Assembly (NCBI GenBank): GCA_965140705.1
Contig: OZ223300.1
Span: 480,001 to 544,000, forward strand
From: an uncultured Arcobacter sp.
GTDB lineage: Bacteria > Campylobacterota > Campylobacteria > Campylobacterales > Arcobacteraceae
DNA length: 64,000 nt
Direction of reading: 5' to 3'
The notes under the pieces were generated by a model. It searched no databases and was not told the origin of the DNA. It was given only the letters and a program-made list of their open reading frames with translations. How positions within the stretch are numbered: position 1 is the first letter of the stretch; each line of letters opens with the position of its first letter. The translations under genes were made by a program, and so were the position numbers. Shown one piece after another: positions 52,555-63,393 of the stretch.

Positions 52555-54898
52555 AACACTTATAGTATTTCCAACTTCTAGAGCTATAAGAGAATCTATC
52601 AAAAGAAGAAGCAATGAAAATTTATTGCTTCCTTCTTATTTAACAATTGACGAATTTTTAAAAAAATCCATATCCATAAAAGATAAAAAATATATTGATG
52701 AAGAGCAACGTTTTTTATATTTGAAAGATGCTTCAGAGATAAAAAATCTAAACAAACTTGGTATTTCAAATAATTTCACTTCATTTTTAAAGCAATCAGA
52801 TTATTTATTTAGGTTTTTTGGAGAATTAGCTGCTGAAAAAGTCTCAATTGATAGTATAGATGAAGTTGATACCTATGAGTATTATAAAGAGCATATAGCT
52901 ATATTAAAAGAGATTTATAATAACTATATATCAATACTTAATAAAAACAATGTAATTGATAAGATAAATATTCCACAAAATTATGAAATCAATTCAAATT
53001 TTTTAAATAGATATGAAAATATAGAGATATATTTTGAAGGGTACTTTACAAATTTTGAATTGGAAATTATATTTGAAATATCTAAACATACTAAAATAAT
53101 AGTTAATTTATTCTCAAATAAATATAATCAAAAATCAATACAGAGTTTTATTGATTTTGGCTTTGAATTAGAAGAAGGGTATGAATATAAAATTGATTTA
53201 TCAAACAAGTCTATAATAGAAAAACATAAAGAAGTATCAAATTTAATAAAGACAAAAACAGCTGGATTTACAAGTAGAATAAATCAAATTGCTTTTATAA
53301 AAGAGTCAATAACTAATGCTATAAATAGTGGCATAAAAGCAGAAAATATAGCATTGATTGTTCCTGATGAAAAGTTTGTAGAGATATTAGAACAATTTGA
53401 TGATGAACAATATTTTAATTATGCTATGGGTAAAAGTATAAATAACAGTAAACTTTATAAAGTAATAAATTCCATATATAGTTACCTAAATGAAAATGAA
53501 AGAAAAACAAAAGAATCAATAGAGTTTTATTATATCAATTCTGAGATGATTGATAGTATTAAAAAGATTTGGAATAAAAAGTTAGATAAAAATAGCTTTG
53601 ATATTTTACTTGAATATTTAAAATCAATGGAACATAATAAAGAGTTAATAGAAAAATTTGATGAATTAACTTATAAATTAGATCACCTGTTTTTTAACAG
53701 TTCTCAAAATATACTTTTTAAAGAAGCTATAAAAATTCTTATTCAAAAAATACAAAAAATAACACTTGATGATATTAACTCTGGTCTTATTACTGTAATG
53801 GGTTTACTTGAAACTAGAGCTGTTGAGTTTGAAGCAGTTATAATATGTGATTTCAATGAAAACTATATACCAAAATCAAGTATTAAAGATAAGTTCTTAT
53901 CTTCAATTATTAAAAAAAGAGTAAAACTTCCTACTCAAAAAGATAGGGAAAATCTACAAAAATATTACTATTATAGATTGATGAACAAAGCAAAAAATCT
54001 CTATATTTCATATACACAAAATGAGACTATGCAAGTAAGTAGATTTGCAGATGAATTGTTTAAAGATGAAATCACCCCATCTACCAAAGATAAACAATAT
54101 AAACAAATACTTTATAATAATAAATCAATAGAACATTTTAATAAAACTATCGAATATGAGATTGATTTATCAAAACAAGAGTGGTCTGCTACTTCACTTA
54201 AAAAGTATTTAGAGTGTAAAAGAAAGTATTACTTAGAGTATATATGTAAAATAAAAGAGCATAATATAAGCTTAAAGCCAAAAGGATTTGAATTAGGAAG
54301 TATGGTTCACAAAACATTAGAAAGTGCATATAAGAGCTTTGAGATACAAAATATCAATTATGAGCTTATTAAATCACTTTTTGAAAAGCAGATGAATGAA
54401 AATCCATTTTTACTTTTAGACAAAGAGATATTTTTAAGAAAATTAAATACTTTTGTAGAGTTTGAAAGTAAAAGATTTGAAAATAAAAGTTTGAGTGTAG
54501 TAGAAATAGAAAAAGATTTTAAATTTGAATATAATGGAATAGTTTTAAAAGGAAGTATTGATAGAATTGATAAAGAAGATGATAGATATTTATTGATTGA
54601 TTATAAAACATCAGCAAGTCTAAAAATTGATAGTATAAAAACCTATGAAAATAGTGTTGACTTTCAATTGGAATTTTATTATTTAGCTTGCTTAGAACTC
54701 TTTGGATATGATAAGATAAAAGCCTATTATTATGATTTGAATAATTCAAAATTATTAGAAGAAGTTGCTTTATTTGAAAAGTTAGAATTACTTAAAAATA
54801 TATTTATAGAGTTAAAAACAAAAAAAGTAAATTTTGAAAAATGTGAGAAAATATCAACTTGTCAGTATTGTGAGTTTAAAACTATTTGTGATAGATAG
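52538..54898 (+). CDS. addB: AddB-like PD-(D/E)XK nuclease
   Basis: SATSL..Y..C, GSIDRID, IDYKT, C-terminal Cys cluster CEKISTCQYCEFKTIC. Confidence 0.8.
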   Translation: MLQTSKTLIVFPTSRAIRESIKRRSNENLLLPSYLTIDEFLKKSISIKDKKYIDEEQRFLYLKDASEIKNLNKLGISNNFTSFLKQSDYLFRFFGELAAEKVSIDSIDEVDTYEYYKEHIAILKEIYNNYISILNKNNVIDKINIPQNYEINSNFLNRYENIEIYFEGYFTNFELEIIFEISKHTKIIVNLFSNKYNQKSIQSFIDFGFELEEGYEYKIDLSNKSIIEKHKEVSNLIKTKTAGFTSRINQIAFIKESITNAINSGIKAENIALIVPDEKFVEILEQFDDEQYFNYAMGKSINNSKLYKVINSIYSYLNENERKTKESIEFYYINSEMIDSIKKIWNKKLDKNSFDILLEYLKSMEHNKELIEKFDELTYKLDHLFFNSSQNILFKEAIKILIQKIQKITLDDINSGLITVMGLLETRAVEFEAVIICDFNENYIPKSSIKDKFLSSIIKKRVKLPTQKDRENLQKYYYYRLMNKAKNLYISYTQNETMQVSRFADELFKDEITPSTKDKQYKQILYNNKSIEHFNKTIEYEIDLSKQEWSATSLKKYLECKRKYYLEYICKIKEHNISLKPKGFELGSMVHKTLESAYKSFEIQNINYELIKSLFEKQMNENPFLLLDKEIFLRKLNTFVEFESKRFENKSLSVVEIEKDFKFEYNGIVLKGSIDRIDKEDDRYLLIDYKTSASLKIDSIKTYENSVDFQLEFYYLACLELFGYDKIKAYYYDLNNSKLLEEVALFEKLELLKNIFIELKTKKVNFEKCEKISTCQYCEFKTICDR

Positions 54899-54914
54899 AA
54901 GTGTAAGATAACTT

Positions 54915-56009
54915 CTATCTTGCAGTTGCTATTAAAACATCCTCTATCATTTTTGTAATATCTCCATCTAAAATTGCTTCCACATTTGAGTACCCGATAT
55001 TACTTCTAGTATCTTTTATTTGTTGATAAGGCTGCATAACATAAGATCTAATTTGGTGTCCCCAACCAATTTCACTCTTTTCAACACCATCTTTTACAGC
55101 TTGTTGTTTTTCTAATTCATATTCATAAAGTCTAGATTTTAACATCTTCATTGCACTTGCTTTATTTTTATGTTGAGATCTATCGTTTTGACACTGTACA
55201 ACAATATTTGTGGCAATATGAGTGATTCTAATTGCACTTTCCGTTTTATTAACATGTTGTCCACCAGCACCACTTGAACGATATGTATCTATTCTAATAT
55301 CTTTGTCTTCAACAACAATATCAATATTATCATCAATCTCTGGACTTACCATTACTGAGGCAAAGGAAGTATGTCTTTTAGCATTTGAATCAAAAGGTGA
55401 GATTCTAACAAGTCTATGAACACCATTTTCAGCTTTTAAGTATCCATAAGCATTTTCACCTTTTATGATAAAAGAAACATCTTTAAGGCCTGCTTCTTCA
55501 CCATCTTGATAATCAAGAACTTCTATTTTAAAATCCATTCTTTCAGCCCATCTAAGATACATACGATAAAGCATACTAGCCCAATCTTGAGACTCAGTTC
55601 CACCTGCTCCTGGATGAATAGAAATAATAGCATTAGATGAATCATCAGGATTACTTAGCATTACAGATATCTCAGTAGATTTTATAAGATTATCTAACTC
55701 TTCAGCTTCTCCATAAAGTAATTCAAAAGTATCTTCATCTTTTTCTTCAAGTGCCATCTCATAAAGTTCATTTGTACCACTTAAAGATTCATTGGCTTTA
55801 TTAAATTTAGATAATTTACTCAATATTCTATTTTTCTCAATACCGATTTTTGTTGCAGTATCAACATCATTCCAAAAGTCTTGAGAAGATTCTAACTCTT
55901 CTATCTCTTTTAGTCTTGATTCTAAAATATCAGGTTTGAGTATATCTTTTATATTTTGAAGTTTTTTATTTAATAATTTTAGTAATTCAGAATACTCATA
56001 ACTATCCAC
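54915..56009 (-). CDS. prfB: Peptide chain release factor 2 (no frameshift needed)
   Basis: SPF anticodon motif, [11 protein letters not shown]; continuous ORF from GTG. Confidence 0.97.
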   Translation of the reverse strand: MDSYEYSELLKLLNKKLQNIKDILKPDILESRLKEIEELESSQDFWNDVDTATKIGIEKNRILSKLSKFNKANESLSGTNELYEMALEEKDEDTFELLYGEAEELDNLIKSTEISVMLSNPDDSSNAIISIHPGAGGTESQDWASMLYRMYLRWAERMDFKIEVLDYQDGEEAGLKDVSFIIKGENAYGYLKAENGVHRLVRISPFDSNAKRHTSFASVMVSPEIDDNIDIVVEDKDIRIDTYRSSGAGGQHVNKTESAIRITHIATNIVVQCQNDRSQHKNKASAMKMLKSRLYEYELEKQQAVKDGVEKSEIGWGHQIRSYVMQPYQQIKDTRSNIGYSNVEAILDGDITKMIEDVLIATAR

Positions 56010-56639
56010 TTATTTTTTTGCCTCATCTTTATTTACTGATTTTAAATAAACATAAATATTTTTTAAGTCATCTGTACTTGTAATAGTTGCATAAGGCAAC
56101 ATTATAAATGCTTGACCTCTATTATATGTTCCAAGACTATAATCTCTCATTGCTATAGTAAAATCATCAAGAGAAAGATCTCTTAATGGTCTTGAAGTTC
56201 CTCTTGCCTCAATTTCACCTTTTTCACCATGACATTTTTGACATTTTGCTATATATCTTTGTTTCCCTGAAACTGACATTGCATAATTTCTTTTTATTAG
56301 TGCTTCTTTTTTAGCAGCTTCTTCTTTATCTGCAAGTCTATTCATAATTTGTTTTTCAAGTTTATCTATGTCAAAATTACTAACTTTTTCTTCCTTTTTA
56401 AATATATAAATATAATTGTATCCATTTTTTGTATTTGTAATTTTGATATCATTAATACTCCACCCCTCATTTTTCATTTGAGAAGGTGATTTCTCTCCTG
56501 CGCATAATCCACCATCGAGTTTTGTATTATCAATAGTCGACATAGATTTGTGATTTTCTTTAAAGCACATAGTTGTTTGTGCATAAAGTGACATAGTTGT
56601 AAGTGCGGTAAAAGTAAGTGCTGGAATTAGTTTTATCAT
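56010..56639 (-). CDS. Exported monohaem c-type cytochrome with additional N-terminal domain
   Basis: Signal peptide, CQKCH, distal Met (IMLP). Confidence 0.82.
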   Translation of the reverse strand: MIKLIPALTFTALTTMSLYAQTTMCFKENHKSMSTIDNTKLDGGLCAGEKSPSQMKNEGWSINDIKITNTKNGYNYIYIFKKEEKVSNFDIDKLEKQIMNRLADKEEAAKKEALIKRNYAMSVSGKQRYIAKCQKCHGEKGEIEARGTSRPLRDLSLDDFTIAMRDYSLGTYNRGQAFIMLPYATITSTDDLKNIYVYLKSVNKDEAKK

Positions 56640-56701
56640 TAGTTTATATCCTTTTTTTTAAAAGGACATTTTATCATAAAGTTTCTTGAGTTTTTATTTA
56701 T

Positions 56702-56734
56702 AAAAAAAGGTTAGAAGCAAAGCTTCTAACCTTT
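56702..56734 (-). terminator. Intrinsic terminator of the porin gene
   Basis: AAAGGTTAGAAGC / GCTTCTAACCTTT with a U-tract on the minus strand. Confidence 0.85.
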
Positions 56735-56765
56735 ATGTTTAGTAGTTTATTATATATTTCTAATA

Positions 56766-57953
56766 TTAGAAAGAATATACAATGTTAACTCTACCTCTTG
56801 TACCTTTATCAGTTCTTGCATCACTATCAACTTGACCAAATCTTACATAATATTTGAAGTTTTTAGCTACTGAATGAGTTGCTTGTAATACCCACTCATC
56901 TGCATCACTGTTAGCAACTGAATCAATTGTATAGATATTGTAGTTAGCTGAAAGATTAATTGATGGTGTTACATCTACATTAACATTTAATTTTGTTAAA
57001 TCAGCATCATCTTTTGCAGTAAGATTTAATCCCCAACCTTGGAAACCAACTTCAGCATCAGCATCACCAGTTACATCAACACCAGTTACAGCAACAGTTG
57101 AATCTACATCATTAGTCATACCATAATCAACACCGAATCCAACGATACCAATTTTAGCACTTGCACCAATTTTAAATAATTTACCAGTATCAACACCATT
57201 AACATCACTACTTAATGCAGAATATCTAGCATATAATGAAACTACATTAATTTTAGCACTTGCACCAAGTGTATAAGCTTTAGCACCATTATCAGCATTA
57301 TCATAAGAATCAGCAATATCTAAATACCAAGCATCTAATGCAACAGGACCAACATTAGCCATTACACCTAAACCAGCAATTGCTTGTCCAGAAATATCTA
57401 TACCATTACCAGTAGAAGTTAATTTTCCAACACTGTTAAAGTTTGTATTAAATAAATAAGTACCAGCAATTGTAACAGGACCTGCATTAACAACAGCAGT
57501 TAAACCGTTACCAGTATCTTCGTCACCAGTTGCATCAGCTTGAACTGCAAATGGAGATGGAACAGCTTGTTTACCTGCTATAAATGTAGTATTAGTAAGA
57601 CCTGTATATACAAAGTTAGCTTGGCTTAATCCAAATCCAGCTTCACCATCAGTTGAGTTTGAATTAATATATGCCATATCATGACCAGTATTATTTGCAC
57701 CACCAATAATTGTTTTACTTACAAAAGTGATATCATCAGTTACATTTGCTTTAGCAGTAAGTGAAATTTTATAGTCATTTTCTGTATAGTTAGAGTTATT
57801 TGCATCATCAGAACTTCTATCATTATATTGGTATGCAACTGTACCAGATACATCTACACCTTTAATAGCTTCTTCTAAAGGTTTTGCGTTAGCAGTAGTT
57901 AAACCAGCTACTGCAACAGCAGCTACTAAACTTAATTTTACGAATTTTTTCAT
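56766..57953 (-). CDS. Major outer membrane protein/porin (Campylobacterota MOMP type)
   Basis: MKK.VKLSLVAA signal, mature N-terminus PLEEAIKGVDVSG, C-terminal Y.F barrel signal. Confidence 0.92.
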   Translation of the reverse strand: MKKFVKLSLVAAVAVAGLTTANAKPLEEAIKGVDVSGTVAYQYNDRSSDDANNSNYTENDYKISLTAKANVTDDITFVSKTIIGGANNTGHDMAYINSNSTDGEAGFGLSQANFVYTGLTNTTFIAGKQAVPSPFAVQADATGDEDTGNGLTAVVNAGPVTIAGTYLFNTNFNSVGKLTSTGNGIDISGQAIAGLGVMANVGPVALDAWYLDIADSYDNADNGAKAYTLGASAKINVVSLYARYSALSSDVNGVDTGKLFKIGASAKIGIVGFGVDYGMTNDVDSTVAVTGVDVTGDADAEVGFQGWGLNLTAKDDADLTKLNVNVDVTPSINLSANYNIYTIDSVANSDADEWVLQATHSVAKNFKYYVRFGQVDSDARTDKGTRGRVNIVYSF

Positions 57954-58150
57954 TTGATCTCCTGAAAGGGTTATTTTTAAATCAGTTCCTCGGACGCGCG
58001 AACAATCTTCTTGTATAAATACTTGAAAGATACTTTCCGATTCACCGTTGCGAAAATTTTACATGCTTTAAAATTAAAGTTTTCTTAATTTGGGGGTTTT
58101 TGAGTAATTTAATCTATTATTTTAAGTTTTATTTATAAAAAAGTCATATT

Positions 58151-58462
58151 TTATAGGCTTACACTTACTTTACAATTTGCCAAAATATCTGGTTTTTGGA
58201 TAGTTATATTTAGTTTTTTTATGCAATATTCATCTTTTAAGTATTTTTTCAAATTTAATAGTGCATCTTCTATTAATTTAAATTTATTTTTTTTCATTAA
58301 TTTTTCAATATCAGACGCTACTTTTGAGTAATCAATAAATTCAGAATTTGCAAAGTTATAGGAGAATGAGCAGTTTATTATTACCCTTTGTTCATTTTTT
58401 CGCTCAAAGGGTAAAATACCAATTATACAATTAAAAGTAAGATCTTCAATTTTTACTTTCAT
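58151..58462 (-). CDS. folB: Dihydroneopterin aldolase
   Basis: IIGIL..ER...Q, IDY, LIE, I.KP. Confidence 0.9.
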   Translation of the reverse strand: MKVKIEDLTFNCIIGILPFERKNEQRVIINCSFSYNFANSEFIDYSKVASDIEKLMKKNKFKLIEDALLNLKKYLKDEYCIKKLNITIQKPDILANCKVSVSL

Positions 58463-59082
58463 TATACAGCTTTTAGTTCTTCTTTTTTAATAAGTCTTAT
58501 TATATTTGGGATATGTTTATAGAAAATTATAAAGGAAATCAAATACATAGGTGCATTTGAATTTACTCCTAATCCATTATTAAATATAATTGCAGCAATT
58601 ATTACAGCAACTAATCCTAAAAGAGAAGACAAAGAAGAGATTTTTAAAACTTTTGCACAAAATCCCCAAACAATAGCACCAATAAGTGTTGGAATTGGAA
58701 TTAGTACTAAAAATACACCAAGTCCAGTTGCTACTCCTTTTCCACCCTCAAGACCTAAATAAATACTATAACAATGCCCAATCACAGCTAACACTGCAAT
58801 AGTCCAAAGTGTAGCTTCACTTACTCCAAAAGCCTGTGCGATAAGAAGTATGATTGTTCCTTTTATAGCATCAAGAATAACAGTTGCAAGTCCTAGTTTT
58901 TTTGCTAAGCTAGGGTTTGTTTCTTTTACTACTCTTAGAACATTTGTTGCCCCTATTGATTTACTTCCATGCTTTTTTATATCTACCCCTGCAAAGGTTT
59001 TAGCTAAGATTAAACCAAAGGGAATAGAGCCTATTAAATAAGCTAAAATATAAAAAATAAGATTTGTATTTAAAAAATCCAT
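58462..59082 (-). CDS. plsY: Glycerol-3-phosphate acyltransferase
   Basis: YLIGSIPFG, GS.SIGATN, GH, GGKGVAT, H..NI.RL. Confidence 0.96.
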   Translation of the reverse strand: MDFLNTNLIFYILAYLIGSIPFGLILAKTFAGVDIKKHGSKSIGATNVLRVVKETNPSLAKKLGLATVILDAIKGTIILLIAQAFGVSEATLWTIAVLAVIGHCYSIYLGLEGGKGVATGLGVFLVLIPIPTLIGAIVWGFCAKVLKISSLSSLLGLVAVIIAAIIFNNGLGVNSNAPMYLISFIIFYKHIPNIIRLIKKEELKAV

Positions 59083-59183
59083 TATGACCTCAATTAATTT
59101 TTTGATTATGTTTAAATGGATTATAACAAAAATTTTGTTATATTCCCGTTAAATGTTAAATATTATAAACCTAAGGGTAAATT

Positions 59184-60173
59184 TTGAATTTAAAAGATGA
59201 AATAATAAAATTAAAAGAGGAACTTGACGTAACATTAGTCGCTCACTTTTATCAAAGAGATGAAGTGTTTGAATTAGCAGATATTACGGGAGATTCTTTA
59301 GAATTAGCTAAAAAAGCTATGGAAACAAGTAGTAAATATATAGTATTTTGTGGTGTTGGATTTATGGGTGAGAGTGTAAAAGTTATGAGTCCACAAAAAA
59401 GAGTTCTTATGCCAAAAATTGCCTGTTGTGCAATGGCTAGAATGATTGACGTGGATTACTTTGATGAATCATTGGCCAAACTAAATGCAATGGGTGTTTC
59501 AAGTGAGGAACTTCTTCCTATTACATATATTAATTCAAGTGCAGCAGTAAAAGCTAGAGTTGGAGAAATGGGTGGTATGGTTTGTACCTCTTCAAATGCA
59601 TATAAAATCATAGAAAAGGGTTTAAAATCTGGTAAGAAAATATTTTTTGTACCAGATAGATGTTTAGGACAGAATTTTGCAAAAAGTCTTAATCTAAAAT
59701 CAACTGTTATAGGTGATGGAACTGACCCAAAAGAAGCAGATATTATTTGTTATGATGGTTTTTGTTCTGTTCATCAACTTTTTTCAACTGATGATATTGA
59801 GTTTTATAGAAATAAATATCCAGGTATCTTAATTGCAGTTCATCCAGAATGTGATCCAAAGATTTGTGATATGGCTGATTTTGTAGGTTCTACTTCTCAA
59901 CTTATCAAATTTATAAAAGAGCTACCATCTGAACAAAAAGTTGCAGTTGGAACTGAGTATAATATGGTAAATAGATTAAGAGAAAAAAATACATATATTT
60001 TAAGCTCAACTAAACCAGAATGTCCAACTATGAATGAAACAACTTTACAAGATGTTTATAACTGTTTAAAAGAGATAAAAGATGGTAAAGAAGTATTCTC
60101 AAATGAAATTTTTGTAAATGACAATGTAATCAAATGGGCAAAAGTGGCACTACAAAGGATGTTTGAAGTATGA
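59184..60173 (+). CDS. nadA: Quinolinate synthase
   Basis: AHFYQ, GDSLEL, FCGV.FM, YINSSA, HPEC, CPTM. Confidence 0.96.
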   Translation: MNLKDEIIKLKEELDVTLVAHFYQRDEVFELADITGDSLELAKKAMETSSKYIVFCGVGFMGESVKVMSPQKRVLMPKIACCAMARMIDVDYFDESLAKLNAMGVSSEELLPITYINSSAAVKARVGEMGGMVCTSSNAYKIIEKGLKSGKKIFFVPDRCLGQNFAKSLNLKSTVIGDGTDPKEADIICYDGFCSVHQLFSTDDIEFYRNKYPGILIAVHPECDPKICDMADFVGSTSQLIKFIKELPSEQKVAVGTEYNMVNRLREKNTYILSSTKPECPTMNETTLQDVYNCLKEIKDGKEVFSNEIFVNDNVIKWAKVALQRMFEV

Positions 60174-60991
60174 TTAATATTAAGAAGTTTGTAAAAAATG
60201 CTATCATTGAAGATAATGGTAGAGGAGATTTATTCTTTGATGTTGCTCCTAAGGGAAGATTTACAGCAAAAGTTATTTCAAAAGATGATGGTATTTTAGC
60301 TGGTGAAATTTATGCAAAAGCTTTATCAAAAACTGAAAAATTTGATTGCAAGTTTCTAAAGCATGACGGAGAAGTGATTAAAAAAGGTGATATTATCGCA
60401 AAACTTGATGGGAAAGCAGCTGTTTTACTTTCAAGTGAACGAACATTTTTAAATATGCTACAACATGCTTCAGGAATAGCTACTATGGCTAACTCTTATG
60501 CTTCTTTGATAAAAGATTTAGATGTAGTTTTACTTGATACTAGAAAAACAAGACCACAACTTAGGGATTTTGAGAAATATGCAAGTAGAGTAGGTGGAGC
60601 TATTAATCATAGACTTGGACTTGATGATTGTTTAATGTTAAAAGATACTCACCTTCGAACAATACTAAATCTAAAAGAGTTTATTCAAAGAGCAAGAAAA
60701 AGAATTTCTTGGGTTACAAAAATAGAGATTGAGTGTGAAACATTAGATCAAGTAAAAGATGCTATGGAAGCTGGTGGGGATATAATTATGTGTGATAATA
60801 TGACACCAGATCAAATAAAAGAAGTAGTGAAATTTAGAAATGAAAATTATCCACATATAGTTTTAGAAGCTAGCGGAAATATAAATTTAGATACTGTAAG
60901 GGATTATGCCTTAACTGGTGTTGATGCCTTAAGTTCTGGAAGTATCATTCATCAAGCTACTTGGCTAGATTTTTCTATGAAATTTGATTAG
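60170..60991 (+). CDS. nadC: Nicotinate-nucleotide pyrophosphorylase (carboxylating)
   Basis: DTRKT.P, HRLGL.D, KDTH, EASG. Confidence 0.96.
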   Translation: MINIKKFVKNAIIEDNGRGDLFFDVAPKGRFTAKVISKDDGILAGEIYAKALSKTEKFDCKFLKHDGEVIKKGDIIAKLDGKAAVLLSSERTFLNMLQHASGIATMANSYASLIKDLDVVLLDTRKTRPQLRDFEKYASRVGGAINHRLGLDDCLMLKDTHLRTILNLKEFIQRARKRISWVTKIEIECETLDQVKDAMEAGGDIIMCDNMTPDQIKEVVKFRNENYPHIVLEASGNINLDTVRDYALTGVDALSSGSIIHQATWLDFSMKFD

Positions 60992-61052
60992 TGGTTAACT
61001 TTTGATTAGTGTTATTATGTTAGGATTGAAAAGATTTTAAAAAGGAGAGTAT

Positions 61053-62033
61053 TTGAGTAAAGATTTTATAACAAATAATAAAGTAAATACTGCTTCTTTT
61101 GTGAGTGCTTTAAAATTAATTGAGAAATCAAAATATATTTTAATAATCACTCATGTAAATCCAGACCCTGATACTATTTGTTCAGGACTTGCACTTTCAA
61201 ATTATTTATCTGAAAATAAAATTAAACATAAAGTTTTTAATGCTGGAAAAAATCTTCCTGCAAAATGTGATTTTATCAATAGATATGAAAAAATAACAGA
61301 TCAAATTCCAAAATTTTATGATTTGGTTATCTCTGTGGATTGTGGTACTTCAAATAGATTTGGAATAACACTTCCTGAAGATATTCCTTTGATAAATTTT
61401 GATCACCACAAATCAAATGATGATTTTGGAACAATAAATATAGTAGATATTAATAAATCTTCAACTTCTGAAATAGTATATGACTTTTTTAGATTTAATG
61501 GATTGTATATTACAAAAAATACAGCAGAAGCACTTTATGTGGGAATATATGATGATTCATTGGCTTTTACAACTCCAAGATGTGATGAATTTACTTACGA
61601 AAAAATTAATTTTTTAGTTAAATGTGGAGCTAGTCCTGTTTATATTGCTGATAAGTTTATAAAAAGAGATTCTTTAGCAAAATATAGAATTTTGCCTAAG
61701 ATTTTCAATAGCTTAGAACTTCTTGATGAAGGTAAAATAGCAACAATATATGCAACAAAAGAGTGGTTTGAAGAGAGTGGGGCAACAACACTTGAAACAG
61801 AAGTTGCACTAGATATGGTTTTAAATATTGCTATCGTAAAAGTAGCAATTTATTTTAGGATTGTGAATGATAAAGTTAGAGTCTCTCTTAGATCAAAAGA
61901 GAAAATAGATGTTTCAACAGTAGCTTCTACCTTCGGTGGAGGAGGGCATTTAAATGCTGCAGGATGTGTTATACAAACTGATGATATTTTTGAAGCAAAA
62001 GAGATTATATTAAAGGAAATTCTTGAGAAGTAA
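61053..62033 (+). CDS. DHH/DHHA1 phosphoesterase (NrnA-like)
   Basis: HVNPDPD, DHH, SLRS, GGGHLNAAG. Confidence 0.9.
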   Translation: MSKDFITNNKVNTASFVSALKLIEKSKYILIITHVNPDPDTICSGLALSNYLSENKIKHKVFNAGKNLPAKCDFINRYEKITDQIPKFYDLVISVDCGTSNRFGITLPEDIPLINFDHHKSNDDFGTINIVDINKSSTSEIVYDFFRFNGLYITKNTAEALYVGIYDDSLAFTTPRCDEFTYEKINFLVKCGASPVYIADKFIKRDSLAKYRILPKIFNSLELLDEGKIATIYATKEWFEESGATTLETEVALDMVLNIAIVKVAIYFRIVNDKVRVSLRSKEKIDVSTVASTFGGGGHLNAAGCVIQTDDIFEAKEIILKEILEK

Positions 62034-63393
62034 AAGTAGTTTTGGGAAAATAGTATTATTTATATTTATAATAGGTGCCATTATAGCGGGTAGTTTTGTT
62101 TATTTATCACCTATGTTTGAGAAAAATCCCCCGAAAGTAGATTTTAAAGATAATATATATTGGAATTTGAAAAGCAAACTAAACCTTAGTATTAGTGATG
62201 ATAGTGGTATTAAATTTTATAAAGTAATATTTAAAGATGGAAATAAAGAGATAGTATTAGATTCAAAAGTATTATTAGAACCAGAGAAAAATATCAATTT
62301 ACAATTAAAATCACCTGAACTTGATATGTTCTTTAAAAGTAGTGACGTTGAAATAATTGTTGAAGCGGTTGATAGTAGTAAATGGAACTTTTTAGAAGGT
62401 AATAAAGTTATTGATACTTTTCATTTAAAAATTGATAGAAAAAAACCTGTAGCTTCAGTTATAGCTAATTCTTTTGCTGTTAGAAGAGGTGGAAGTGCTT
62501 TAGTTATAGTAAAAGTTGAAGATGAGAATTTAAAAGATGCATATATTACATTTAACAATGAACAAAGATTTGATTTGATTCCTTTTTATAAAGAAAACTA
62601 TTATGCAGCAATAATTGCTTGGCCAATAAAAATTGAAAAATTTAATATTGTAAATTTAGTGGCAATTGATAAAGCTGATAATAAATCAATAATAAAAGTA
62701 CCTTTATACATAAGAAATAGAAAAGATGATAAATCTAAAATAAAAATAAGTGATGCCTTTATTCAAAATGTAAGTACAAAAGTTTTAGAACAAAGCGGAA
62801 AAGATGTACCTGATAATCTAGCTGATATATTTTTAAAAGAAAATGAAGTTCTAAGAAATAAAAATGTACAAAAAATAGAAGAAGTATCTAGAAAATTTAT
62901 GGATAGGGATTTAGTAAGTAATTTTACACTTCTTCCATTTAAAAGATTGGAAAATGCTGCAACTGCTGGACGATTTGGACAAGAAAGATCATATTATCAT
63001 AATGGAATAAAAATAGATGAAGCTTGGCATTTAGGTATTGATTGGGCAAGTGTAAAAAAAGCTGATATTTTCACTACAAATAAAGGTAGAGTAATTTTTA
63101 ATGATTATTTAGGAATTTATGGAAATGCTATTATAATAGACCATGGATTTGGTTTACAGTCACTTTATGCCCATACAAGTTCTTCAAATGTAACAGTAGG
63201 TGAAGAGGTTAAAGAGAACCAAAAAATTGCAAATACTGGTGCTACCGGTGCTGTTTTAGGAGATCATTTACACTTTGGTGTTTTAGTTCAAGGAATAGAA
63301 GTAGATCCTTTAGAGTGGATGGATAAAAATTGGATAAAAACAAGAATTACAGATATCATAAGTGATGCAAAAAAGGTAATAGATAGCAAATGA
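62023..63393 (+). CDS. M23 family metallopeptidase
   Basis: N-terminal TM, HLGID, YGN, YAH, HLHF. Confidence 0.92.
   Translation: MRSKSSFGKIVLFIFIIGAIIAGSFVYLSPMFEKNPPKVDFKDNIYWNLKSKLNLSISDDSGIKFYKVIFKDGNKEIVLDSKVLLEPEKNINLQLKSPELDMFFKSSDVEIIVEAVDSSKWNFLEGNKVIDTFHLKIDRKKPVASVIANSFAVRRGGSALVIVKVEDENLKDAYITFNNEQRFDLIPFYKENYYAAIIAWPIKIEKFNIVNLVAIDKADNKSIIKVPLYIRNRKDDKSKIKISDAFIQNVSTKVLEQSGKDVPDNLADIFLKENEVLRNKNVQKIEEVSRKFMDRDLVSNFTLLPFKRLENAATAGRFGQERSYYHNGIKIDEAWHLGIDWASVKKADIFTTNKGRVIFNDYLGIYGNAIIIDHGFGLQSLYAHTSSSNVTVGEEVKENQKIANTGATGAVLGDHLHFGVLVQGIEVDPLEWMDKNWIKTRITDIISDAKKVIDSK

Noticed and set aside
54915..56009. Possible programmed +1 frameshift in prfB
   Set aside because: The ORF is continuous from the GTG start; no CTT-TGA slippery site is needed.
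60983..61011. TTTGATTAGTG direct repeat at the nadC stop
   Set aside because: A single short duplication with no supporting context.
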